From: Eledone cirrhosa
Taxonomy: Eukaryota
Direction of reading: 5' to 3'
Assembly: GCA_964016885.1 (NCBI GenBank)
Contig: OZ024755.1
Span: forward strand, 37,944,001 to 38,008,000
Length of the DNA stretch: 64,000 nt
Within the stretch, counting starts at the first letter, position 1, and every line of letters starts with the position of its first letter. Below are positions 1 to 11,900 of the stretch, one piece after another. The notes under the pieces were generated by a model that made no database searches, was not told the DNA's origin, and saw only the letters and a list, made by a program, of their open reading frames with translations. Made by a program: the position numbers and the translations under genes.

Positions 1-310
1 TACATGAATGGCATAACATAAGCTGGGAGAAAAACCCTGTATAAGACGAATCTGATGTAGAGTGCATAAGACAAGACTGCGATGGTATGGAGATTAGGTG
101 GAAAGGTGTCTTCACTTGTGTCAAAGACAGGACAACCTCCCTACTGATAGTGCTATGATAAAATGCACCTGGTCCACCCTGAAGAATGTGAGGATGCATG
201 TAAGCGAGATGAAGTCCCTGACCCATCTGTGAGACCAAGAAACCTGATAAGTACTGACTTGGTCTGTGATAACCTGTCCAATCATTGCTAGCAGGGAAAA
301 TGGATGCTGA
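1..310 (+). mobile_element. Highly decayed RTE-clade LINE 3' fragment
   Basis: AGACTGCGATGGTATGG (RLRWYG) and a tail TGCTAGCAGGGAAAATGGATG resembling the RTE copies at 46963-47295. Confidence 0.5.
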
Positions 311-683
311 ATAATCTTGATAATGATAATTATACACACATACACCATCATCATCATAAAGCTCAGTTTCCCAGCTATCAAGGGTTGGATGGGTCTACAT
401 AGACCAAATCAGTATTGAAGCAGTGGCTACTGATCTCTCGGGCAAGCCAGGGATCTGTCATCTCGCTTATGTAAGGTCTTATGTTCTACTGAGTGCACAG
501 GGGAGGTTGTCACATCTTTCACAAAACTGAGGATCCTTCCAACTGTTTGGTTGGCAAGCTTTCTATGGCTGGGTGCCCTTCCTATTGCCAAACACTTTAC
601 AGCATGTACTGGGTGCATTTGTCATGTAGATCACTAACACGAGGGAAGCTGTCACACCTTGATGTGACTGAACGGTCCTCCTG

Positions 684-725
<42 letters not shown>

Positions 726-730
726 TATAC

Positions 731-765
<35 letters not shown>

Positions 766-835
766 CGGAAAAAATGAAACGATATTTCATTTCCCACTCT
801 TAGTACGGCTGTTACTTAAATATAAGTATGTACAC

Positions 836-1340
836 GTACATACATATATGTATACCGACGTACAGTAGTATGTATATATATATATATATACATACATGCA
901 CACATATATATATGCACGTATGGATTCACCGAACATTTATTATAATGCTCGGTGTGTTTGTAAACAAACATCCCGTATTAAGCCGTAGTGTCTAGCAACC
1001 ACCGTTGCTCGTTTGTTCAACACTGACAAAGGAACGCTGTACTAGTTTCAAGCTTGTTAGCTATCGTCAGCAACATATACCTTCCTGCCAGATTGTTGAA
1101 CGTATATACTTACCTTATGCATATTAACGGCTGAGTAGCCCAATTTGCATATCAGTGTTGAACAAACGAGCAACGGTGGTTGCTAGACACTACGGCTTAA
1201 TACGGGATGTTTGTTTACAAACACACCGAGCATTATAATAAATGTTCGGTGAATCCATACGTGCATATATATATGTGTGCATGTATGTATATATATATAT
1301 ATACATACTACTGTACGTCGGTATACATATATGTATGTAC
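836..1340. repeat. Long inverted repeat (arms 836-1026 and 1152-1340, ~125-bp spacer) between (TA)n tracts
   Basis: Arms read as near-exact reverse complements, e.g. GTTGCTCGTTTGTTCAACACTGA / TCAGTGTTGAACAAACGAGCAAC. Confidence 0.95.
1034..1076 (-). ncRNA. Minimal type I hammerhead ribozyme motif
   Basis: Minus strand reads AUGUUG-CUGACGA-UAGCUAACAAGCUU-GAAA-CUAG-UA-CAGCGU; stem I 6 bp with G.U pairs, palindromic stem III ACUAGU. Confidence 0.75.
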
Positions 1341-1344
1341 TATA

Positions 1345-1355
1345 ATAATATATAT

Positions 1356-1449
<94 letters not shown>

Positions 1450-1461
1450 TATATATATATA

Positions 1462-1512
<51 letters not shown>

Positions 1513-1606
1513 TATATAATATATATATATATTATATATATATATATATATATTATATATAATATTATATATATATATATTATATTATATATATATATTA
1601 TATATA

Positions 1607-1697
<91 letters not shown>
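1345..1697. repeat. (TA)n microsatellite, one of dozens in the window
   Basis: Direct reading. Confidence 0.98.
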
Positions 1698-1699
<2 letters not shown>

Positions 1700-2035
1700 A
1701 GGCACATGGCTTAGTGGTTAGAGCATTGGCCTTGCAATCAAAATGTTGGGAGTTCAATTCTCAGAGCGGGTGATGTGTTGTTTCCTTGAGCAAGACACTT
1801 TATTTCACATTGCTCCAGTTTACTCAGCTTTAGAAATGAGATGATAGGGACCCCAGTATCATTCCACTGCAAAGTGGTCGTTGAGGTACCACGGTAAAAA
1901 AGCACCCAGTACTCACTGTAAATGAGGTTGGTGTTAGGAAGGGCATCCAGCTGTAGAAATCAAGCCAGAATCAGTTCCCGTCCCACCCTTGCAAGCAGGG
2001 AAAAGCGGACGTAAAATGAAATGAAAAATGAAATG
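1698..2035 (+). mobile_element. tRNA-derived SINE, family A (tRNA head, central domain, RTE-derived tail)
   Basis: A box TGGCTTAGTGG, B box GAGTTCAATTC, CCTTGAGCAAGACACTT central motif, tail ending AAATGA repeats; six near-full copies in the window. Confidence 0.9.
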
Positions 2036-2049
2036 ATATATATATATAT

Positions 2050-2404
2050 ATATATGGTTTTACTATAGGGGTAAAGACCCCCTTCAGTCACGAATAACCA
2101 TGGGATTTACACCTAGAAAGTTCCCCTCTGAGGCACAAGTCCAGGCAAAATGTGTTTGAGGAAGATCAGCAGTTGCCCATGCATACCAGTCTTCCCTCTC
2201 CACGCCACCGATGTTGTCCAAGGGAAAGAAAATAGCCAATACAGCTTCACACCAGTGACATCACAACTCATTTCTACAACTGAGTAAACTGGAGCAATGT
2301 GAAATAAAGTGTCTTGCTCAAGGATATCACCCAGTTTGAGAATTGAACTCACAACCTCAGGATTGTAAGCCTGACGCTCTAACAACTAAGCCATGCGCCT
2401 TCAC
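2050..2404 (-). mobile_element. tRNA-derived SINE with a family-A-like head and a different 3' part
   Basis: Reverse complement carries TGGCTTAGTTG and GAGTTCAATTC and the CTTGAGCAAGACACTT motif; remainder differs from family A. Confidence 0.75.
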
Positions 2405-3227
2405 GGCTTTGCTATAATCTTAGTGAATTGTGTAATAAGCTGTGCTGCCCCCAGCCCCGTTTTCTTTTTATTAGCTCTTAGACACACCTACCATTACTGG
2501 GGACTCTTTCACTTTCCAGTCCCTTCCTCAAATTTATCAGCTTTTATTGTTGTTACTGTTTTTTTTTCATCCTTAATATTTTACCTCAGTATCTGATGCC
2601 AACACTCCACTTACTACATGCAGCTGTCAAAATAGTTGTAGTACACATGACTAGTTAAGAATTCATCATATATATATATATATAATATATATATATTATA
2701 TATATATAATTCTTAACTAGTCATGTGCTTGCAGCTTGCTGGATGATAAGCTAAATAATTCTAGGGTTCATTCAATGGCAGGTAAAAAAAAAGTTCCCCT
2801 TTTTATATTTATCATGACCATATTTCTCATGAAATAGACTATATTTCAAATAATTACTGAAGAATTTTGAGGAATTTACCAAAATGATTAATTATCACAT
2901 TACTAAGACTAGCAGAAAACCACCCTTAGGGTGGTTTTCTGCTAGCATGTGTAGTGTGTATATTGATATTATATGCAAGTATATATGCATGTAGATATGA
3001 TATGTCAAATAAAATCGTAATTGACAATATACACAGAAATTGAACGAAAACTGTGTTACACTGTCTTATGTAATCAGTAACGTAATCCATGATACATTAA
3101 AAAAGACGATATTATATATAAACTGCATTAGGAGATAATTAGTGACGGAAATATATGAATGTTTATTTAAGCGATCGCTAACCAGAAGTGTTGACATTTG
3201 AAAATGTTAAAGAAGTGAATCTTTAAT

Positions 3228-3570
3228 TCATTTCATTTTCATTTCATTTTACATCCGCTTTTTCCCTGCTTGCAAGGGTGGGACGGGAACTGATTTTGGC
3301 TTGATTTCTACAGCTGGATGCCCTTCCTAACACCAACCTCATTTACAGTGAGTGCTGGGTGCTTTTTTGCCGTGGCACCTTCACGTCCACTTTACAGTGG
3401 AATGATAGGGACCCCAGTCCCTATCATCTCATTTCTACAGCTGAGTAAACTGGAGCAATGTGAAATAAAGTGTCTTGCTCAAGGAAACAACACATCACCC
3501 GGTCTGAGAATTGAACTCACAACCTTTCGATTGCAAGGCCAATGCTCTAACCACTAAGCCATGTACCTCC
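3228..3570 (-). mobile_element. SINE family A copy
   Basis: Reverse complement of 1698-2035. Confidence 0.9.
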
Positions 3571-3987
3571 ACCATAATTAAGTAATAAAATATCAACAAC
3601 CACGAAATTTAGTAGATAAATTATGTAATATTCATTCATTATTTATTCAAAGTAATCCAACTTATTTTACTAATGGCATAACAAATTATAAACTGTACGC
3701 AGTCCCGCACTCCTTACTTTATTATAGTTTAGATAGAGTTTTATCTAAAATTATGGGAATTCTGGCCAGATACAGCTGGTTTAAATGCTAAAGGGCTAAA
3801 TATATATCCATACATCGTATGTTTGCATGTCATAAGGGTTGGTGCCAGGAAGGGTATCTGGTTATGAAACATTGCCTCATAAAGGACCGCATAATGTATA
3901 TGAAGCCTACTACTGGGCTCAGCAAGGCTAATCTCTGTTTCAACGAAGGAATTTGCCTTAAAACACTTGTATCCCAGCATGTCATAA

Positions 3988-4266
3988 TCTATATATCTAA
4001 AACAGAGAATGTCTGTCTGACTCCCTAAAACTCGAGAACCACCCAACCGATTTTTTTCAAACTTTACTCATGTCATATTTATGGTCGTGTGAGTGTTTTG
4101 AGCTAAAAATATTTCAAATTTTTAATGCTCTAGGGACCGCATTAGGCGCCGTTTAGCGATCTCTCTGTCTTTCTTAGTCTGTCTTTTTATATAGATACAT
4201 AGCTATAATGTTGCATCCTTATAATATCTGTCTGTATGTTTGGCTGCATTACGACATTATGACATT

Positions 4267-4305
<39 letters not shown>

Positions 4306-4736
4306 GTGTGTAATGTTTTTTGAAATATTTACTTCTGCGTTCACAGATTGATATTTTTAGTTTCAGAAGATCCCGTTAAGGGTGAAAGCAGCGATTCTTC
4401 GCTTAAACTTTAATCTGTTATTTTAATATATACATATATATATATATTGGAGTACAGATATGTTTGTATACACAATAACAAAATATAAACAAGCGTATTT
4501 ATTTCATGAGGCTCAACATCAGCAAAAAAAAAACAACAAAAAAGAGAGGGAACGCAATTACATCCTTTTGAAAAACCATAATGGAAAATTATTTGCCTAT
4601 TCACCCAAGGCGACTTCACATTTTATTAGGACTTCTTCATCAATTAGTGAACATACAACAAAACTGTTTCATAAAGAGAGGATAAACATGCCAATCTATG
4701 TTTAGAATCCCGAGCAACGCCGGGCCATTCTGCTAG
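3988..4736 (+). mobile_element. Non-autonomous Helitron
   Basis: 5' TC, 3' GC-rich hairpin CCCGAGCAACGCCGGG (4709-4724) then CTAG (4733-4736); inserted between A and T with no TSD. Confidence 0.75.
4359..4409 (+). ncRNA. Hammerhead-like motif with variant core CAGAAGA
   Basis: AGUUU-CAGAAGA-UCCCGUUAAGGGU-GAAA-GC...GC-UU-AAACU; second copy at 52775-52825. Confidence 0.5.
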
Positions 4737-4862
4737 TAGACAACTAAAACAGCTGGTATTAAGATGGGGTATCTGGCTGTAAAACATTGCCTCAAAAAGA
4801 ACTCTATGTACCTGTAACTCCACAACCACCTATGCCATAGACTGTGCCATATATACTTAGAA

Positions 4863-5065
4863 TTACCATATATACTTGAATATAACCCCATACAAATATA
4901 AGCTGACCCCTCTTATGTCTGAGAAATGGACAAAAATCCAAACCTTATTTACATAGAATGTGAAGTTGGTGAAAATTATCAAAATATTGACCCGGAATAT
5001 AATAAACTGACCCTCACTTCTACCATCGATTTTTTTGGTCACATATTCTTTGGCTTATATTTGAG
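4863..5065. mobile_element. Decayed pogo/Tigger-like MITE
   Basis: TACCATATATACTTGAATATAACCCC at the left and GGCTTATATTTGAGT at the right resemble inverted ends; related copy at 30728-31160. Confidence 0.5.
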
Positions 5066-5066
5066 T

Positions 5067-5320
5067 CATCATCATCATCATCATCATCGTTTAATGTCCA
5101 TCTTCCACGCTAGCATGGGTTTGGACGGGAATTTTCCCACTTGAGGCAAGATTGGTTGTCTTGCTCGTATAGGACTGTCTGGCGGGTTTTCTACAGCTGG
5201 ATGCCCTTCCTAACACCAACCACGTTTACAGTGTGGACTGGGAGGTTTTTACCGTGTTACCTACACGGCCACATTACAGCGTGGACTGTGTTTTTTTTGT
5301 TGTGACACCTACACGACCTC
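5067..5320 (-). mobile_element. Non-autonomous RTE-tail element (family C)
   Basis: (CAT)n tail and CTACAGCTGGATGCCCTTCCTAACACCAACC core; also at 18790-19085, 38940-39170, 42275-42648, 46463-46850, 48130-48520, 55470-55680. Confidence 0.8.
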
Positions 5321-6276
5321 ATAAGTATATATGGTTATGTTATGGGTTCACATTTTGGTGGAATACACAGCTACTTGCATGTTAATTTCACGAGCTGGCT
5401 GTCCCATTGATAGAAAAATTAGAACATTCATCATTGTAACTGGTGAAGGTCCATTTTTTTTCATACCAGCCTGATTTGTTCTGGAAGGCGAGAAGATAAA
5501 AATTCACTCTGGAATGATTTGAAATTAGAATGTAGGGGGATGAAGATTATGAGGTCTTCGTCTGCGAGGAAAGACTCTGCCTTCAAATATTTTAGGTATA
5601 TAAACCCCACTTTCTTTGCCATAGTCATGAGACATAGGAAGACCACTCACTCTTCCTTGTCCAGGGAAGATGGTGGGTCAGTAGCTGTTTACATAAACTC
5701 ATAAATCAACAATGCACAAAAGGCTGATTGAGTGTATGCCAGGTGTTTTCTCAACTTCTTTGCCCTCTATATACTATATTAATAATGTTTGAGCTGGAGC
5801 AATGTTATGAATATTTTTAACCAAATGCAGACATAGTGAATTCCTTTATTTTATTTTTTATTTATTTTTCAAGTTTATATATTTTATACTGTGTCCCCAA
5901 TTTACAATAAGTACACTGCATCCCTGTATGTTGTAAGAAGTGACTAAAACGGTTGATGACAGTAAGGGTATCTGACTGTAAAACATTACTTCAAAAAGCA
6001 CACCAGTATGAACATGAAGATTTTCATGGGGCCTGTAAGGAATATATGAAGATTTTCATGGGGCCTGTAAAAAAACATGAAGATTTTCCTGGGGGCCTGT
6101 AAAAAAAAAAAAATGTTTTCATGGGGTCTGCAAGGAAAAAAATAGCTTTAAAATGCTTGCTACTGCATATTATTTATATATTTATAAATAAAGTACCAGT
6201 AATGCACTGGGTAATTTGCTGGCCTTGTGCCAAAAGTAGAAACAATTATTTATATATTTATACATTTATATTTACT

Positions 6277-7630
6277 TATCTAATGTTACCCACAGTGGCA
6301 AACATACTCCCCATGTTATCTGTTACCCACAGTGGCAAACATATACTTCCCATGTTATCTGTTACCCACAGTGGTAAACATATACTCCCCAAATTATCTG
6401 TTACCCACAGTGGCAAACATATACTCCCCAAATTATCTGTTACCCACAGTGGCAAACATATACTGCCCATGTTACCTGTTACCCACAGTGGCAAACATAT
6501 ACTCCCCAAATTATCTGTTACCCACAGTGGCAAACATATACTCCCCAAATTATCTGTTACCCACAGTGGCAAACATATACTCCCCAAATTATCTGTTACC
6601 CACAGTGGAAAACATATACTGCCCATGTTACCTGTTACCCACAGTAGCAAACATATACTCCCCATGTTATCTGTTACCCACAGTGGCAAACATATACTCC
6701 CCATGTTACCTGTTACCCACAGTGGCAAACATATACTGCCCATGTTACCTGTTACCCACAGTAGCAAACATATACTCCCCATGTTATCCGTTACCCACAG
6801 TGGCAAACATATACTGCCCATGTCATCTGTTACCCACAGTGGCAACCATATACTCCCCAAATTATCTGTTACCCACAGTGGCAAACATATACTCCCAAAA
6901 TTATCTGTTACCCACAGTGGCAAACATATACTCCCCAAATTATCTGTTACCCACAGTGGCAAACATATACTGCCCATGTTACCTGTTACCCACAGTGGCA
7001 AACATATACTGCCCATGTTACCTGTTACCCACAGTAGCAAACATATACTCCCCATGTTACCTGTTACCCACAGTGACAAACATATACTGCCCATGTTATC
7101 TGTTACCCACAGTGGCAAACATATACTGCCCATGTTACCTGTTACCCACAGTAGCAAACATATACTGCCCATGTTACCTGTTACCCACAGTAGCAAACAT
7201 ATACTCCCCATGTTACCTGTTACCCACAGTAGCAAACATATACTCCCCAAATTATCTGTTACCCACAGTGGCAAACATATACTCCCCAAATTATCTGTTA
7301 CCCACAGTGGCAAACATATACTGCCCATGTTATCTGTTACCCACAGTGGCAAACATATACTGCCCATGTTACCCGTTACCCACACTAGCAAACATATACT
7401 CCCCATGTTATCTGTTACCCACAGTGGCAAACATATACTGCCCATGTTACCTGTTACCCACAGTAGCAAACATATACTCCCCATGTTATCTGTTACCCAC
7501 AGTGGCAAACATATACGCCCCATGTTATCTGTTACCCACAGTGGCAAACATATACTGCCCATGTTATCTGTTACCCACAGTGGCAAACATATACTGCCCA
7601 TGTTACCTGTTACCCACAGTGGCAAACATA
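6277..7630. repeat. 39-bp minisatellite, ~35 copies
   Basis: Unit TTATCTGTTACCCACAGTGGCAAACATATACT(C/G)CCCA(T/A)(G/A). Confidence 0.97.
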
Positions 7631-8482
7631 CTCTCAGTTACATGATGGAACATCCTTTTTCTCTGCAAACAACTCTTACTCTTTTTCTCTGTTCTTATCT
7701 TTCCCCTCACTCAGCTGCTTCAAATAAAAACATTAGGTAAAACATCCTGTACCACATGAAACCACATTTGCAAGATATTCTTGAAAAGTACAAAACAGCA
7801 CAATAATTGCATCACATTAAAAACTAAAGTCTTTACTCTAATACTGCAATTTTTCAGAATGATCTGTCTACTAATAAAGATATTATAAACATTTGAATTA
7901 AACTCATTTTTAGACATTTTTTTTTTTGCTAAGAAGATATGAGGTAACCAACAACCTTGTATATGCAACATTAAAAATTGGTCTTTACTATTATAATGTT
8001 AAGTTTGCCAATGATCTGTCTTCTTGTAAAGGTACTATAAATATTTAAGTTAACAAACTAGGTTTTAGACATTTTAACTAAATCATTACAGGATGTTAGG
8101 AGTGAAAAAAAAAATTAATAACCTCAAATGTTAGTAAGCAGTCTTATCAGTATGTTTTTTTCTCTAAAATAGTTTTATCAAATTATCTGAAGTTTTTGGA
8201 AGTTAATTCCTTGTAACTACTGTCAGATGTGGTGGAGTCTGTAGATTGGTGAATGATGATGATGAGTGGCAGAAAGGGTGTAAGTAGGTTCAGAGGAAGT
8301 ACTATTGCAAGGGGCTATTTAGGGTCTTGTTAAAATATTTGGCTATGAATGAAATATCCCACCACCCCTAAGGTATAATCTGTTCCACTTAATAAGTTCC
8401 CACTTTACTTCACACAGCCACCTCCAGTATACTATAGAAATTGAGGTGGTAGTGAGGGTGAGAGTGATTTAGACATGACCAA

Positions 8483-8650
<168 letters not shown>

Positions 8651-8902
8651 TATCTGTCTATAGATAGATGTGTGTGGTCCTGTTAGTAGTTAGTTACTGG
8701 TGTAACTAAGGATAGTAGCAACGACTATGTTTAGGAGGGAGGCAGGGTTTCAATCCTTGCCAGGAATTTATACATCAACATTATTTAATGTCTATTTTCC
8801 ATGCTAACATGGCTTAGACGGGAAGTCCTGTTTGAGGCAAGATGGATCAAGTGACCGTGTTTCTGGCTTGGTTTCTACAGCTGGATGCCCTTCCTAACGC
8901 CA

Positions 8903-11900
8903 ACCACTTTACAGTGTGTGCTGGGAGCTTTCTGTCATGAAACCTACATGACCACTTTACAGTGTGGGTTTGCGGCTTTTTGTTTTGACAACTACATGAC
9001 CACTTTACAGTGTGGGCTGGGGGCTTTTTGTTATGACAACTACACCGCCACTTTACAGTGTGGGCTGGGGGCTTTTTGTTATGACAACTACACGACCACT
9101 TTACAGTGTGGGCTTTGGGCTTTTTGTTATGACAACTACACGACCACTTTACAGTGTGGGCTGGGGGCTTTTTGTTATGACAACTACATGACCACTTTAC
9201 AGTGTGGGCTTTGGGCTTTTTGTTATGACAACTACACGACCACTTTACAGTGTGGGCTTTGGGCTTTTTGTTATGACAACTACATGACCACTTTACAGTG
9301 TGGGCTTTGGGCTTTTTGTTATGACAACTACATGACCAGTTTACAGTGTGGGCTGGGGGCGTTTTGTTATGACAACTACATGACCACTTTACAGTGTGGG
9401 CTTTGGGCTTTTTGTTATGACAACTACATGACCACTTTACAGTGTGGGCTGGGGGCTTTTTGTTATGACAACTACACGACCAGTTTACAGTGTGGGCTGG
9501 GGGCTTTTTGTTATGACAACTACAAGACCAGTTTACAGTGTGGGCTGGGGGCTTTTTGTTATGACAACTACACGACCAGTTTACAGTGTGGGCTGGGGGC
9601 TTTTTGTTATGACAACTACAAGACCAGTTTACAGTGTGGGCTGGGGGCTTTTTGTTATGACAACTACATGACCAGTTTACAGTGTGGGCTGGGGGCTTTT
9701 TGTTATGACAACTACACGACCAGTTTACAGTGTGGGCTGGGGGCGTTTTGTTATGACAACTACATGACCAGTTTACAGTGTGGGCTGGGGGCTTTTTGTT
9801 ATGACAACTACATGACCACTTTACAGTGTGGGCTGGGGGCTTTTTGTTATGACAACTACATGACCACTTTACAGTGTGGGCTGGGGGCTTTTTGTTATGA
9901 CAACTACAAGACCAGTTTACAGTGTGGGCTTTGGGCTTTTTGTTATGACAACTACATGACCAGTTTACAGTGTGGGCTGGGGGCTTTTTGTTAGGACAAC
10001 TACAAGACCAGTTTACAGTGTGGGCTGGGGGCTTTTTGTTATGACAACTACAAGACCACTTTACAGTGTGGGCTTTGGGCTTTTTGTTATGACAACTACA
10101 TGACCAGTTTACAGTGTGGGCTGGGGGCTTTTTGTTAGGACAACTACAAGACCAGTTTACAGTGTGGGCTGGGGGCGTTTTGTTATGACAACTACATGAC
10201 CACTTTACAGTGTGGGCTGGGGGCTTTTTGTTATGACAACTACAAGACCAGTTTACAGTGTGGGCTGGGGGCTTTTTGTTAGGACAACTACATGACCACT
10301 TTACAGTGTGGGCTTTGGGCTTTTTGTTATGACAACTACAAGACCAGTTTACAGTGTGGGCTGGGGGCTTTTTGTTAGGACAACTACAAGACCAGTTTAC
10401 AGTGTGGGCTGGGGGCTTTTTGTTATGACAACTACAAGACCACTTTACAGTGTGGGCTTTGGGCTTTTTGTTATGACAACTACATGACCAGTTTACAGTG
10501 TGGGCTGGGGGCTTTTTGTTATGACAACTACAAGACCACTTTACAGTGTGGGCTTTGGGCTTTTTGTTATGACAACTACATGACCAGTTTACAGTGTGGG
10601 CTGGGGGCTTTTTGTTAGGACAACTACAAGACCAGTTTACAGTGTGGGCTGGGGGCGTTTTGTTATGACAACTACATGACCACTTTACAGTGTGGGCTGG
10701 GGGCTTTTTGTTATGACAACTACAAGACCAGTTTACAGTGTGGGCTGGGGGCTTTTTGTTATGACAACTACAAGACCACTTTACAGTGTGGGCTTTGGGC
10801 TTTTTGTTATGACAACTACATGACCAGTTTACAGTGTGGGCTGGGGGCTTTTTGTTAGGACAACTACAAGACCAGTTTACAGTGTGGGCTGGGGGCGTTT
10901 TGTTATGACAACTACATGACCACTTTACAGTGTGGGCTGGGGGCTTTTTGTTATGACAACTACACCAGTTTACAGTGTGGGCTGGGGGCTTTTTGTTAGG
11001 ACAATTACATGACCAGTTTACAGTGTGGGCTGGGGGCTTTTTGTTATGACAACTACATGACCACTTTACAGTGTGGGCTGGGGGCTTTTTGTTATGACAA
11101 CTACATGACCAGTTTACAGTGTGGGCTGGGGGCTTTTTGTTAGGACAACTACAAGACCAGTTTACAGTGTGGGCTGGGGGCGTTTTGTTATGACAACTAC
11201 ATGACCACTTTACAGTGTGGGCTGGGGGCTTTTTGTTATGACAACTACAAGACCAGTTTACAGTGTGGGCTGGGGGCTTTTTGTTAGGACAATTACATGA
11301 CCAGTTTACAGTGTGGGCTGGGGGCTTTTTGTTATGACAACTACATGACCACTTTACAGTGTGGGCTGGGGGCTTTTTGTTATGACAACTACATGACCAC
11401 TTTACAGTGTGGGCTTTGGGCTTTTTGTTATGACAACTACATGACCAGTTTACAGTGTGGGCTGGGGGCTTTTTGTTAGGACAACTACAAGACCAGTTTA
11501 CAGTGTGGGCTGGGGGCGTTTTGTTATGACAACTACATGACCACTTTACAGTGTGGGCTGGGGGCTTTTTGTTATGACAACTACAAGACCAGTTTACAGT
11601 GTGGGCTGGGGGCTTTTTGTTAGGACAATTACATGACCAGTTTACAGTGTGGGCTGGGGGCTTTTTGTTATGACAACTACATGACCACTTTACAGTGTGG
11701 GCTGGGGGCTTTTTGTTATGACAACTACATGACCACTTTACAGTGTGGGCTTTGGGCTTTTTGTTATGACAACTACATGACCAGTTTACAGTGTGGGCTG
11801 GGGGCTTTTTGTTAGGACAACTACAAGACCAGTTTACAGTGTGGGCTGGGGGCGTTTTGTTATGACAACTACATGACCACTTTACAGTGTGGGCTGGGGG

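Noticed and set aside
1698-1770. tRNA gene
   Set aside because: tRNA-like head continues into SINE body and tail; no complete cloverleaf or terminator
3318-3557. Recurrent 79-aa ORF MPFLTPTSFTVSAGCFF in several copies
   Set aside because: Antisense reading of SINE A; recurrence reflects copy number, not a gene family
5461-5704. ORFs with a GGSVAVYI endonuclease-like motif
   Set aside because: Single short motif with no supporting residues; at most an unassignable LINE relic
6121-7740. 539-aa ORF and overlapping ORFs
   Set aside because: Stop-free 39-bp unit; the ORF start runs through a SINE fragment
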